Assembly (NCBI GenBank): GCA_041653955.1
Contig: JBAZEH010000002.1
Span: 24,380-88,379, forward strand
Direction: 5' to 3'
Source of the DNA: Candidatus Omnitrophota bacterium
GTDB taxonomy: Bacteria > Omnitrophota > Gorgyraeia > Gygaellales > Profunditerraquicolaceae
DNA length: 64,000 nt
Part shown: piece after piece, positions 27,105-37,012 of the stretch
How the letters are laid out: every line of letters begins with the position of its first letter
How positions within the stretch are numbered: the stretch's first letter is position 1
Notes under the pieces: generated by a model
Databases searched by the model: none
What the model was told of the DNA's origin: nothing
Seen by the model: the letters and a program-made list of their open reading frames with translations, nothing else
Program-made: the position numbers and the translations under genes

Positions 27105-28149
27105 TATATTTAAGCGGCTGATATATATATCGCTAACCTTATTTTTTATTATCTTTATTATCTCGGCTCCGGCCGCGGAGGTGGAAAATATGAACGAGCC
27201 TGAGAAGACAGGGAAGATAAACATTTATAATGCGCGTACCGGGAAGATAGAGGAAGTAGAAAAGGTTTATAAGACCGATGAAGAATGGAAGAAGATGCTT
27301 ACACCTGAGCAGTTCAAGATCATGCGCCGCAAAGGGACTGAACCGCCGGCAACGGGTAAGTGTGATCTTCCAAAAAAGGGCGGGATATACCAGTGCGCGG
27401 GTTGCGGCACCGATCTTTTCGGTGTAACCGCTAAATTTGAATCCGGCAGCGGATGGCCGAGTTTCTGGGAGCCGGTTTCGCAGTTGAATATAAGGATAGA
27501 GGCAGATGATAGTTTCGGGATGCGCAGGATCGAGGCGCTTTGCGCCCGTTGCGGCGCGCACCTGGGCCATATTTTTGATGACGGGCCCCCGCCTACAGGG
27601 AAGCGTTACTGTATAAACTCGGCAGCGCTTAAATTGATCATGGTTGATAAGATATATAAGGAAAAGACAGAGAAGGCGGTTTTTGCCGCAGGTTGTTTCT
27701 GGGGTGTGGAGTCGGCATTCAGGCAGGTAAAAGGAGTAGTCAGCGTGACTTCTGGATTTACCGGAGGCCGCACTAAGGACCCTACTTATGAGCAGGTCTC
27801 AACCGGCAAGACCGGACACGCGGAGGCTGTAGAAGTTGAATATGACCCGGCAACGCTCTCTTACGAACAGCTTCTTGGTTTATTCTGGAATATCCATGAT
27901 CCTACTACGCCCAACAGGCAGGGCCCGGATATAGGAAACCAGTATCGCTCTGCGATATTCTATTATACGCCAGAACAGGAGAAGGCAGCGCGTTTATCCA
28001 GGGAAAAACTGGAGGGGTCAGGCAGATATAAGGGGCATATAACGACAGAGATAACTCCAGCCGGTGATTTTTACAAGGCAGATGAGTATCATCAGCGTTA
28101 TTATGAGAAGCGCGGGTTGAAGCCCGGGTGTATCTTTCCTTTTGAATAG
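27085..28149 (+). CDS. msrAB: bifunctional methionine sulfoxide reductase MsrB-MsrA with signal peptide
   Basis: N-terminal signal peptide. MsrB zinc/catalytic CxxC pairs and RYCINSAAL. MsrA GCFWGVE. The start may be the ATG at 27097. Confidence 0.85.
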   Translation: MKQRMIDIFKRLIYISLTLFFIIFIISAPAAEVENMNEPEKTGKINIYNARTGKIEEVEKVYKTDEEWKKMLTPEQFKIMRRKGTEPPATGKCDLPKKGGIYQCAGCGTDLFGVTAKFESGSGWPSFWEPVSQLNIRIEADDSFGMRRIEALCARCGAHLGHIFDDGPPPTGKRYCINSAALKLIMVDKIYKEKTEKAVFAAGCFWGVESAFRQVKGVVSVTSGFTGGRTKDPTYEQVSTGKTGHAEAVEVEYDPATLSYEQLLGLFWNIHDPTTPNRQGPDIGNQYRSAIFYYTPEQEKAARLSREKLEGSGRYKGHITTEITPAGDFYKADEYHQRYYEKRGLKPGCIFPFE

Positions 28150-28176
28150 TCCGCGCGGATAAAAACGGAGGGGAAA

Positions 28177-28302
28177 ATGAAAGTGCAGAAGACAGGTGAA
28201 AGGTACAGGTGCAGCGTATGCGGCAATGAAGTAACGGTAACGAAGGTAGGGGGCGGGGAACTGGTGTGCTGCGAGAAACCGATGGAGAAGATGGAAGGAT
28301 AA
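28177..28302 (+). CDS. desulforedoxin (41 aa)
   Basis: Translation MKVQKTGERYRCSVCGNEVTVTKVGGGELVCCEKPMEKMEG with CxxC..CC desulforedoxin signature. Below the ORF-track cutoff. Confidence 0.7.
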   Translation: MKVQKTGERYRCSVCGNEVTVTKVGGGELVCCEKPMEKMEG

Positions 28303-28325
28303 ACAACAGCAGGAGGGTATTTATC

Positions 28326-28904
28326 ATGGCTAAGTCGATAAAGGGGACAAAGACCGAGAAAAATCTGCTCGTGGCTTTTGCCGGGGAGTCTCAAGCGAGG
28401 AACAGGTATACTTATTTTTCCAGCGCAGCGAAGAAGGAGGGCTACGAACAGATAGCCGCTATTTTTGCCGAGACAGCCGATAATGAAAAAGAACACGCTA
28501 AGGTATTTTTTAAATACCTTGAAGGCGGCGACGTAGAGATAACCGCGAGTTATCCCGCGGGCATGATCAGGGACACAAAGAGCAACCTCGAGGAAGCCGC
28601 GGCCGGTGAAAATATGGAGTGGACAACGCTTTATTCAGATTTCGGAAAGACAGCTAAAGACGAAGGGTTTCTTGAAATAGCGCGCTCTTTTGAGCATATA
28701 GCAAAAGTCGAGAGTTTTCATGAGTCAAGATACAGGAGGCTTATCAATAATATATCTAACGGAGAAGTATTCAAAAAGAAATCAGCGGTAAGGTGGCATT
28801 GCATAAATTGCGGTTATGTGTTTGAAGGAGATATCGCTCCCAGAGAGTGCCCTGCCTGCAGGCACCCGCAGTCATTCTATGAGCTTCTGGCGGAGAATTA
28901 TTAA
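28326..28904 (+). CDS. rubrerythrin
   Basis: Ferritin-like di-iron E..EXXH motifs. C-terminal rubredoxin-like CINCG..CPAC. Start at the ATG at 28326 rather than the track start 28266. Confidence 0.85.
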   Translation: MAKSIKGTKTEKNLLVAFAGESQARNRYTYFSSAAKKEGYEQIAAIFAETADNEKEHAKVFFKYLEGGDVEITASYPAGMIRDTKSNLEEAAAGENMEWTTLYSDFGKTAKDEGFLEIARSFEHIAKVESFHESRYRRLINNISNGEVFKKKSAVRWHCINCGYVFEGDIAPRECPACRHPQSFYELLAENY

Positions 28905-29755
28905 TAGCCGCGGGCCTTGGCTATTGTTCTTAAGCGGCAGATTACTTCTTTTATGGTCTTATCCGGGGTAGAGGCGCCGCCGGTAATACCCACGCTTTTG
29001 ATTCCCGGGAACCACGAACGTTTCAAGCCTTCTTTTGACCTTATCCAGTAGCTGTTTTTATTGATCGACTTAGATATCTCATATAACCTTTTGGTGTTGG
29101 CGCTCGTCTTGGAACCTACGATGAGCATTATTTCATTCTTAAGGGGCATACTTTTTATCTCTTTTTGCTTAAGGCGCGTGGGCCTGCATACGGTATTAAA
29201 AAATTTAAGGTCCGGTACGGTTCTTTTTAATGCCCGCACTATTTTAAATACCTTATCTATATTCTGGGTTGATTGCACGACCACGCAGGCCTTCTTTGTT
29301 TTTTTAAGCGCCCTGAAAGGTATATTTTTTATAGCGTCTATGACTATGGCCTTTCCCTCCAGTTGCCCGGCAATACCGCGGACCTCATCATGTCTTTTGT
29401 CGCCGATGATAATGATTTTACGGCCTGACTTTTCCATATTCGCGGCTATCCTGTGTATCTCTTTTACCATGGGGCATGTGGCGTCTATTATTTTATATCC
29501 GAGCCTCTCGGCTCTTTTTACCGTATCCAGGCTTGCCCCGTGCGCGCGCAGTATAAGGGCCCTGCCTTTTCCTTCATCAAGGCGCCGTATCTTTTGAATC
29601 CCGGAGCGGTGTATGTCGCGGACTACATCTTCATTATGGACTATATCACCGAGCATGCAGGCGTTTTTCTTTTCTGCCGCCGTGCGTATGGCGATATTTA
29701 TCGCCCGCCTTACCCCGAAACAGAACCCCGCGGACTTAGCCAGGTTTATTCTCAT
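28901..29755 (-). CDS. ispH: 4-hydroxy-3-methylbut-2-enyl diphosphate reductase
   Basis: N-terminus MRINLAKSAGFCFGVRRAI. Conserved Cys for the 4Fe-4S cluster. Confidence 0.85.
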   Translation of the reverse strand: MRINLAKSAGFCFGVRRAINIAIRTAAEKKNACMLGDIVHNEDVVRDIHRSGIQKIRRLDEGKGRALILRAHGASLDTVKRAERLGYKIIDATCPMVKEIHRIAANMEKSGRKIIIIGDKRHDEVRGIAGQLEGKAIVIDAIKNIPFRALKKTKKACVVVQSTQNIDKVFKIVRALKRTVPDLKFFNTVCRPTRLKQKEIKSMPLKNEIMLIVGSKTSANTKRLYEISKSINKNSYWIRSKEGLKRSWFPGIKSVGITGGASTPDKTIKEVICRLRTIAKARGY

Positions 29756-30612
29756 AGATATTCCTTTTTTATAAGGGCCCGCGCGGCTATAAAGGTTTTT
29801 CTCATCCCGCTTACATGCGCCTTTCCGGAAAAGATATCGTAATCTTTATTCTCTATATCTTTTAATATCCTTTCATAAAATTCTTTCATCAGCCCTGAAA
29901 CATACCTGCAGGAGGGTTTTTTTATCATCTTTATGCCGGGAGAAGAGCGCGAGTAATATTCACGCGCCCTTTTTATCTGCATCTTTAACATCTCGCGGAA
30001 ACCTTCATTGAGATTCTCTTTTTTCAGGTCTTCTTCAGAGATGCCGTAGCGGGCCAGTTCTTCCTGGGGTATATATATCCTGTCTCTTTTAAGGTCTTCC
30101 TTTATATCTCTTATGATATTGGTTAGTTGCATGGCTATCCCCAGGTCCAGGGCGTATGTCTCGGCATCATCATTATCGTAACCGAAGATCTTTAACATGA
30201 CCAGCCCTACTACACCGGCGACCTTGTAGCAGTAGTCGTAAAGTTCACTGAAATCAGCGTAACGGGTTTTCGTTATGTCCAGGCGCATCCCGTCAATGAG
30301 CGCATGGAAGTAATTGAGGGAGATATTGTATTTTCTGACTGTATGCCTGAAGGCAAAAAATAGATCATTTTGCAGCTGCGCATCCGTATACACGGCGTAT
30401 ATGTTATTCTTCAATTTCTCCAGGTCTTCCGAGACGGAAGAAGAGTAGCTGTCTAAAGTTTCATCGCTTATCCTGCATACGGAGTAGATCGAATACGCGG
30501 CATAACGTATCTCTTTAGGCAGGAATAGGGAGGCAAAATAGAAGTTGCCGGCAGAACGCCTGGTTATGTTTGCGGCTTCCCTGAATCCGGACATTATCTC
30601 ATGTTTATTCAT
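29752..30612 (-). CDS. squalene/phytoene synthase family protein
   Basis: Trans-isoprenyl diphosphate synthase head-to-head fold. YCYKVAGVVGLVM and Asp-rich regions. Confidence 0.75.
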   Translation of the reverse strand: MNKHEIMSGFREAANITRRSAGNFYFASLFLPKEIRYAAYSIYSVCRISDETLDSYSSSVSEDLEKLKNNIYAVYTDAQLQNDLFFAFRHTVRKYNISLNYFHALIDGMRLDITKTRYADFSELYDYCYKVAGVVGLVMLKIFGYDNDDAETYALDLGIAMQLTNIIRDIKEDLKRDRIYIPQEELARYGISEEDLKKENLNEGFREMLKMQIKRAREYYSRSSPGIKMIKKPSCRYVSGLMKEFYERILKDIENKDYDIFSGKAHVSGMRKTFIAARALIKKEYL

Positions 30613-30613
30613 A

Positions 30614-31654
30614 TTATATCTTAAGCACCTGCCTGGAATAATCCGCGATACACTTCTTATATTCGGGGCGCATTCTGGTTGAGGAATTTATAGCGAGGGC
30701 CTTATCAAGCAGGATGTTGATCTCTTCCCTGGCGAAATCCGGGGTCCCGGATCCTTTTAATATCCGGCGTATGGCTGACAGGTCTTTTAACCCCGCGGTA
30801 TCCTTAGACAGTATCTTTCTTATGGCGAGTTTCCCTTTTTTATCAGCGTGATTATAGGCATGCCATATAAGTATGGTTTTTTTGGATTCTTTCAGGTCGG
30901 TGAGGATGGATTTGCCTATTACCCTGGATGAAGAAAAGATGCCTATCATATCATCTTTTATCTGGAAGGCCCTGCCGAGGGATATCCCGAATTCATATAA
31001 TTTATCTGTTTCTTCTTTTTTTGCGCCTGCCAGGGTAGCGCCTATTGTCAGGGGAGCGGCAAAGGTATAATTAGAGGTTTTCAGGTCATATATTTTATAT
31101 ATATCATTCCTGGTTATCCTGGCGATATCCTTTGCCCCGGCCAGCAGTTCGATGAACTCTCCGCTCCCGGTGAGGAAGGCCGCTTCTACCAGTTTTTTAA
31201 GGGCTGATTCCTTACGCAGAAGTTCCTCTTTTACCGAGAGGAAGGAGTGTATCGCCATCGCGTAGAGTACGTCGCCTAATACTATTGCCAGGTCTTCCCC
31301 GGTAAATTTGATATTCTTATATTCCGCCAGGGAGTGGTTTAGCATTGCGTGCATGGATGGTTTACCGCGGCGGGTAGAGGATCTATCGATAATATCGTCG
31401 TGCACGAGCATGAAGTCGTGCAGAAGCTCCAGGGATACCGCGGCCCTATAGAGGCCTTTCGGAGCTTTTCTGGCGTAACCCATATACCCCATGATGAAAA
31501 GGATAGGGCGCACGCGCTTGCCTTCACGCGATACAAACTCTTTTATATTATCGTAAAGGAGGGGAGAGATCTTCCGCAGGGAGTGCTTATTTCTTATATC
31601 CGCCGCGTATCCTTTAAGTTCGTTATTAACCTTCTTTTTTATTTTCAAAAACAT
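30614..31654 (-). CDS. polyprenyl (geranylgeranyl) diphosphate synthase
   Basis: FARM LVHDDIIDRSSTRRG and SARM KDDMIG motifs. Confidence 0.8.
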   Translation of the reverse strand: MFLKIKKKVNNELKGYAADIRNKHSLRKISPLLYDNIKEFVSREGKRVRPILFIMGYMGYARKAPKGLYRAAVSLELLHDFMLVHDDIIDRSSTRRGKPSMHAMLNHSLAEYKNIKFTGEDLAIVLGDVLYAMAIHSFLSVKEELLRKESALKKLVEAAFLTGSGEFIELLAGAKDIARITRNDIYKIYDLKTSNYTFAAPLTIGATLAGAKKEETDKLYEFGISLGRAFQIKDDMIGIFSSSRVIGKSILTDLKESKKTILIWHAYNHADKKGKLAIRKILSKDTAGLKDLSAIRRILKGSGTPDFAREEINILLDKALAINSSTRMRPEYKKCIADYSRQVLKI

Positions 31655-31700
31655 ATATTTATGATAGCATAAAGCAGAGTTATTTCAATTCAATTAAAAG

Positions 31701-32591
31701 ATGATAAAGGACCTTTTAAGAGCGTTAAGGCTGCCTTTTATAGTTGCCGGCGTCATTCCTTTTGTCTTTGGTTCTTTGATAGAAAGGTGCAATTTTAATC
31801 TTCCTGCTTTTATCTTTGGGTTGTTTGCCGTATCCTGCACCCATCTTAGCGCGAACTTGATAAACGATTACTCCGATGCCGAAAGCGGTGTGGACGCCAT
31901 AGACGCGAGATTCTTTGGCTTTTTCGGCGGTTCTAAACTTATACAGGAGGGGGTTTTATCCGGGAGGTCTTATTTCGCCATGGCGGTATTGTTCGGTTTT
32001 ATCGCTCTTTTTTCGGTTATATCCCTGGCATTCCTGTTGAACGGAGCCGCGGTATTGGCATATTTCACGGCGATAATCCTGTTGAGCTGGGCTTATTCCG
32101 TGAAACCTTTGCAGCTGGCTTATCGGGGCCTGGGGGAGATAGTTGTTTTTATCCTTTTTGGCCCGGTCCCGTTAATGGGGGGTTATTATATCCAGAGCGG
32201 GATATTCCCGGATATAAGGAGTTTTATGCTTTCACTTCCTTTCGGATTTCTTACTGCCGCTATACTTTTGGCGAATGAGGCCCCTGATGTTAGCGAAGAC
32301 AGGAGGGCGGGTAAGAGGACGTGGGCTGTGCTTGCGGGAGGGAAGAATGTTTTTATTCTTTATTCCGTGTTGACCGTTTTGGGTTTTGCCTCGGTGTTTT
32401 TGAATATATCCATAGGTTATCTCGGTATTAAAGCGCTGCCAGCCATCTTTTTTATTGTTCCCGCGCTCAAGGCAGCAGGTATATTGAGGCGCGATTACCG
32501 GAATAAGGAGAAAATGATTGTTTCTTCAAGGCTTGCTATCGGCACGCAGGCCTTTGCCGGCATATCCCTGGTTATAAGTTTGCTGATATGA
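31701..32591 (+). CDS. UbiA-family aromatic prenyltransferase (MenA/UbiA-like)
   Basis: NDYSDAESGVD (NDxxDxxxD), multi-TM. Confidence 0.75.
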   Translation: MIKDLLRALRLPFIVAGVIPFVFGSLIERCNFNLPAFIFGLFAVSCTHLSANLINDYSDAESGVDAIDARFFGFFGGSKLIQEGVLSGRSYFAMAVLFGFIALFSVISLAFLLNGAAVLAYFTAIILLSWAYSVKPLQLAYRGLGEIVVFILFGPVPLMGGYYIQSGIFPDIRSFMLSLPFGFLTAAILLANEAPDVSEDRRAGKRTWAVLAGGKNVFILYSVLTVLGFASVFLNISIGYLGIKALPAIFFIVPALKAAGILRRDYRNKEKMIVSSRLAIGTQAFAGISLVISLLI

Positions 32592-33715
32592 AAAAAGCCG
32601 TTATTATAGGAGGCGGGTTCGCCGGATTGAGCGCGGCAAAAAGGTTCTTTGCGCAAAAGGGCGCCCTGTCGGTTACTCTTATAGACAGAAAACCGACATT
32701 TGATTTCCTCCCGGCCTTACCGGATATCATCGGGAGGAATATAGCCCCCGCGTACCTGAAAGCGGATATAAAAGCGATCTCGCGCAGGTTAGGTTTTGAT
32801 TTTATAAATGAAGAAGTCATTGGCGTGGATCTGGCACAGAACAAAGTAAATACTGTTTCTTCGGGCGTGTATTATGATTATCTTTTGATCTCAAGCGGCA
32901 GCCAGACCAACTTTTACGGTAATGCCGCGATAGAGAAGAATGCTTATCTTCTTGACAGGGTGGACGATGCCGCGAAGATAGCGCGGGCGGTAAAGGAAAA
33001 TGGCTTTACTGATTTTGTGGTTTGCGGAGGCGGTTATACGGGGATAGAGTTAGCCACTAATCTAAAAAAACTTTTGAATAGATTATGGCGTACTGATAAG
33101 GTAGTGATAGTAGAGCGGCAGCCGGATATATTGGGGCCCCTTCCGCAGTGGATGAAGGATTACGCGCGGGATAACCTGCGCAGGCTGGATATAGAGATCC
33201 TGGCTGCAACTACGGTAGAGCATATAAATGGACGTGAGATCATGCTCTCGGGAGGCAGGGGATTTGATAACGCGATGCTTATCTGGGCCGCCGGGGTAAA
33301 GAGCGGTGATTTTATCCGGAAAATGGACCTGGAGAAGAACCCGCAGGGCAGGCTAAAAGTTGATGAATATTTAAGGATAAACAGGAATTGTTACGCGGCT
33401 GGAGATGCCGCGTTGTTTTCTTACCGGGGCGGTACCTTAAGGATGGCGGTCCAGTTTTCCATAATGGAAGGTCTTATCGCGGCGGTGAATATCTTGCGGG
33501 ATGCGCGGGGGATGAAACCCGCGGCGTACCTCCCGGTTGACCTGGGTTATGTGATACCTATGGCTAATGATCTTTCCTGCGGAAGTATTTTGGGTATGGA
33601 CCTTAAAGGCAGGATACCTACGGCGCTGCATTATTTTATGTGCCTTTACCGTTCTTACGGATGGAATAACAAGGCAGGTTTTGCCAAAGACCTGTTAAGA
33701 GGAGGTGGGAGATGA
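32588..33715 (+). CDS. NAD(P)/FAD-dependent oxidoreductase (type II NADH:quinone oxidoreductase-like)
   Basis: GGGFAG dinucleotide fold. A second Rossmann motif VVCGGGYTGIE. Confidence 0.7.
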   Translation: MKKAVIIGGGFAGLSAAKRFFAQKGALSVTLIDRKPTFDFLPALPDIIGRNIAPAYLKADIKAISRRLGFDFINEEVIGVDLAQNKVNTVSSGVYYDYLLISSGSQTNFYGNAAIEKNAYLLDRVDDAAKIARAVKENGFTDFVVCGGGYTGIELATNLKKLLNRLWRTDKVVIVERQPDILGPLPQWMKDYARDNLRRLDIEILAATTVEHINGREIMLSGGRGFDNAMLIWAAGVKSGDFIRKMDLEKNPQGRLKVDEYLRINRNCYAAGDAALFSYRGGTLRMAVQFSIMEGLIAAVNILRDARGMKPAAYLPVDLGYVIPMANDLSCGSILGMDLKGRIPTALHYFMCLYRSYGWNNKAGFAKDLLRGGGR

Positions 33716-34104
33716 CGGATCTGGCGGTATTCATCTTAAGGCTCGCGATAGGAGTGGTTTTCTCCGGCCACGGGCTTCAGAAAGCTTTTGGGCTTTTTGG
33801 AGGTCCGGGTATCAACGCATTCTCCGGTATGCTTTCGGGCTTAGGTTTTGCCCCGGCTTTATTGTGGGCTTACGCGGTAGCATACATTGAATTGATCGCG
33901 GGCGTCTTTCTGATAGCCGGGCTGTTCACGCGCGTATCTTCGCTGCTGCTTATAATTATCATGGTTGTGGCCGCGGTCAAAGTCCATCTGCGAAACGGTT
34001 TTTTTCTGCAGAACGGAGGATTTGAATATATATTCGTGTTGACCTGCGCGCTGCTTGCCATATTGATCAACGGAGCGGGGAGTTTCAGTTTTTCTAAAAA
34101 GTAA
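33712..34104 (+). CDS. DoxX-family membrane protein
   Basis: Four TM helices. LRLAIGVVFSGHGLQKAFG typical of DoxX. Confidence 0.65.
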   Translation: MTDLAVFILRLAIGVVFSGHGLQKAFGLFGGPGINAFSGMLSGLGFAPALLWAYAVAYIELIAGVFLIAGLFTRVSSLLLIIIMVVAAVKVHLRNGFFLQNGGFEYIFVLTCALLAILINGAGSFSFSKK

Positions 34105-34119
34105 GAAAGGAGAACGGAA

Positions 34120-34308
34120 ATGGCGAACAATAAAGAAGTATGTGTGGGTGGTGTAATATTCTCTACCGCGGGGATATTGCTGCTTTTGGGCGCGGCGTTT
34201 GATATCCTGCCTGTTTCCGATAATCTGGCGATATTCCTCGGAATCGCCTGTTTTATCATCGCAGGCGCCATAAAAAAGATCATGAAGGGCGGAAGCTGCT
34301 GCAAATAG
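34120..34308 (+). CDS. small membrane protein (2 TM, C-terminal CCK)
   Basis: ORF of 62 aa, hydrophobic. Confidence 0.35.
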   Translation: MANNKEVCVGGVIFSTAGILLLLGAAFDILPVSDNLAIFLGIACFIIAGAIKKIMKGGSCCK

Positions 34309-34313
34309 AATAA

Positions 34314-36035
34314 ATGGATGAACATAATATTCTGATTTTTCTTATCCAGGTAGTCATCCTGCTTGGGTTTGCCAGGATGCTTGGGGAGTTGTTCCGTATC
34401 TGGAAACAGCCCGCGCTCACCGCGGAGATAATGGTCGGAGTGATATTCGGCCCTACTATCCTGGGCCGCTTTTTCCCTTCGGTGAGCCGGTACATATTCC
34501 CCGCCGAACCCCTGCAGGCAGCCATGCTTGAAACGATCGCGTGGCTGGGAGTATTCTTTTTTCTCCTGGAGATGGGGCTGGAGCTGGATTTTTCAAGCGC
34601 CTGGAGGCAGAGGGGAAATGCATTAAAGATCGCGCTGTCGGATATAATCATCCCGATGGCAATTGCTTTTATTCCCGCTTTTTTTATCCCGTCTCATTAC
34701 CTGGTTGACCCTGATCAGAGGCTGATATTCGCGTTCTTTATTGCTACTGTAATGACAATAAGCGCTTTGCCTATCGCGGCCCGCGCCCTGCGCGACCTGG
34801 ATATCTATAAGACCGACCTGGGTTTTCTTATCATGTCGGCACTTTCCGTAAATGATATTATCGGATGGCTGATCTTTACATTGATCCTGGGGTTTTTTAC
34901 TCAAATGGATATACAGGTATCCAGGGTGATCATTATACTGTTGTCCACGCTGGGTTTCACCGTATTCTGCCTTACGGTAGGGAGGCGCTGGGCAGATATT
35001 GTTGTTACCAGGATAAAAGAGAAGAATATCCCGGAGCCGGCCGGCTCACTTACCTTCATCTGCATACTGGGTTTTCTTTGCGGGGCCATAACGCAGAAAA
35101 TAGGCATACACGCCTTATTCGGTTTCTTCGTAGCCGGGGTCATGGTCGGCGGGGCTAAGGCCCTTCCTGAGAGGACGCGCCACGTTATCTCGCAGATGGT
35201 TTATGCCATATTTGTCCCTCTTTTCTTTGCCAGCATAGGCCTGCGCGTAGATTTCGTGAAGAATTTTGATATTTTTATTGTTTTGATCCTGATCGTTATC
35301 GGTATATTCGGAAGGTTCATAGGCGCATGGATAGGGGTCAACTTGAGCAGCGTTTCGCGCGTGAACCGGCTTACCATAGCAATAGCGCATACGCCCGGGG
35401 GGTCAATGGAGATAGTCGTGGGTATCCTGGCGCTGCAGTATAACCTGATCACTGAACCGATATTCGTGGGTATTGTTTTTAGCGCCGTATTCTCTTCGGT
35501 CATACTCGGGCCATGGCTAAGGCACGCCGTTTTAAAGCGTGAAGAGATAAATATAATGGAATTTTCCCGGACCCATAATATCATCGCGAATATGAAGTCA
35601 ACCGAACGTAACGCAGCAATGCAGGAACTTTGTTCGCTGGTAGCCGAGCAGGGGAATACGCCGCATCCTGAAGCCTTATATAGGGCTGTCGCGGCAAGAG
35701 AGAATACTATGGGCACGGCGATAGAGGAGGGGATCGCCCTTCCGCATGCGCGCATCCCGCGCCTGGTCAAACCCGTTATCGCTCTCGGGATATCTGAAGC
35801 CGGGATAGAGTGGGATTCACCTGACGGCAAGCCAACGCACCTTATCTTTTTGATCCTTACCCCCAGGGAGGATGATTGGATCCAGGTGCAGATATTGCGC
35901 ATTATATCCAAGGCCATGAGCAGCAAAAAAATAAGGGACGCGTTTTTATCCGCCGGGGAGCGCCATAATATCTGGCATATACTACAGCAGGTATTTACCC
36001 CGCATCAGATAGTAAGAAAAAAGGAGCGGCGCTGA
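34314..36035 (+). CDS. cation:proton antiporter (CPA family) fused to a C-terminal PTS EIIA(Ntr)-type domain
   Basis: About 12 TM helices of the Na_H_Exchanger type. C-terminal EIIA type-2 fold with GIALPHARIP (phosphorylatable His). Confidence 0.75.
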   Translation: MDEHNILIFLIQVVILLGFARMLGELFRIWKQPALTAEIMVGVIFGPTILGRFFPSVSRYIFPAEPLQAAMLETIAWLGVFFFLLEMGLELDFSSAWRQRGNALKIALSDIIIPMAIAFIPAFFIPSHYLVDPDQRLIFAFFIATVMTISALPIAARALRDLDIYKTDLGFLIMSALSVNDIIGWLIFTLILGFFTQMDIQVSRVIIILLSTLGFTVFCLTVGRRWADIVVTRIKEKNIPEPAGSLTFICILGFLCGAITQKIGIHALFGFFVAGVMVGGAKALPERTRHVISQMVYAIFVPLFFASIGLRVDFVKNFDIFIVLILIVIGIFGRFIGAWIGVNLSSVSRVNRLTIAIAHTPGGSMEIVVGILALQYNLITEPIFVGIVFSAVFSSVILGPWLRHAVLKREEINIMEFSRTHNIIANMKSTERNAAMQELCSLVAEQGNTPHPEALYRAVAARENTMGTAIEEGIALPHARIPRLVKPVIALGISEAGIEWDSPDGKPTHLIFLILTPREDDWIQVQILRIISKAMSSKKIRDAFLSAGERHNIWHILQQVFTPHQIVRKKERR

Positions 36036-36175
36036 TATTTTACCTTGACATAACCTGTTTTATAGAGGTAATATAAGATACAAATAAGTATCCCGTAACG
36101 GAACAGGGAAAGCAACCGAAGATAAGACAACTTTACGGGTTGTCTTTTTTGTTTTTGAGAGGGCGGTAAAAAAAT

Positions 36176-36838
36176 ATGTGTCCGGAAAGCGCTTTGGGTA
36201 ACCTGGATCACGGCACGCACCTGTGCAGTATTTACAGGGATAAAAATGAGCAGCTATCGTCCGTACTCTCTTATATAAAAGGCGGGCTGTTTAGGGGAGA
36301 TAAGATCATCAGCATCCTGACCGAGGGTACCAGGAGCATATTCGTTAAGACCCTTTCGGATCTTGGGCTGGAATTAGAAAAGTGCAGAGAATGGGGGCAG
36401 TTCATCTTTATTGACGATAAAGAGTTCTATCTGGGCCAGGGCTGCTTTGACCCTGACAGGATAATACAGATGGTAACGCAGGAGCAGAATAACGCGGCAA
36501 TGTCTGGTTATAAGGGGGTAAGAGGGATAGCTGAAATGGATTGTTTCCTTTCCAGGGCCCCTGGGACAGAGAAGTTGATAGAGTATGAATCAAACCTGAA
36601 TTATTTCTTCCCGGGAAGCAGGCTTACATCCATATGCCATTACAGGGAGGACCTTTTTGATGAGGATACCCTGTTGGGGGTTTTATATACCCATCCTAAG
36701 GCGATAATTTACGGCAAACTGTATGATAACCATTATTATATACCCCCAGAGCAGTTCCCGGCGCGCCTAAAAGACGGCTCTATACCCGGCACATACAGGT
36801 TATTAAGGGACACATTAATTGCGCAGGGTCCTTTATGA
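36176..36838 (+). CDS. MEDS-domain protein (standalone sensory domain)
   Basis: HLCSIYRDKNEQL near the N-terminus and ICHYREDLFDEDTLLGVLYTHP near the C-terminus resemble MEDS conserved blocks. Confidence 0.5.
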   Translation: MCPESALGNLDHGTHLCSIYRDKNEQLSSVLSYIKGGLFRGDKIISILTEGTRSIFVKTLSDLGLELEKCREWGQFIFIDDKEFYLGQGCFDPDRIIQMVTQEQNNAAMSGYKGVRGIAEMDCFLSRAPGTEKLIEYESNLNYFFPGSRLTSICHYREDLFDEDTLLGVLYTHPKAIIYGKLYDNHYYIPPEQFPARLKDGSIPGTYRLLRDTLIAQGPL

Positions 36839-36862
36839 GGGGCGGCAGGCATATTATTTTGA

Positions 36863-36890
36863 TTGACAAATCCAAAAAAGGTGGTATACT
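36863..36890 (+). promoter_or_regulatory. sigma70-like promoter TTGACA-16-TATACT (cold-shock leader module copy B)
   Basis: TTGACA at 36863-36868, TATACT at 36885-36890. Confidence 0.6.
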
Positions 36891-36924
36891 AACGTTGGTA
36901 GTAAATAAGAGATTAGAAAGTCTA

Positions 36925-36964
36925 GGGCCGGGAGGTTTAGATATCTAACCTTTCGGCTTTTTTT
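36925..36964 (+). terminator. leader hairpin + U-tract (attenuator) in the cspA 5' UTR
   Basis: gggccgggagg..aacctttcggc followed by ttttttt. The 3' half is shared with copy A. Confidence 0.6.
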
Positions 36965-37012
36965 GTTTCTGTCGTTATTTACTATAATTCGAAAGAAAGG
37001 AGGAAGTAAATA

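Noticed and set aside
28266-28325. Extended N-terminus of rubrerythrin (track start 28266)
   Set aside because: The extension overlaps the desulforedoxin ORF in another frame and lacks an RBS. The ATG at 28326 gives the canonical rubrerythrin N-terminus MAKSIKGTKTEKNLL.
29061-29842. Two + strand ORFs (178 and 129 aa)
   Set aside because: Both lie inside minus-strand ispH and the squalene/phytoene synthase 3' end. No motifs. Shadow ORFs.
35201-35926. 241-aa minus-strand ORF
   Set aside because: Antisense shadow of the antiporter-EIIA gene.
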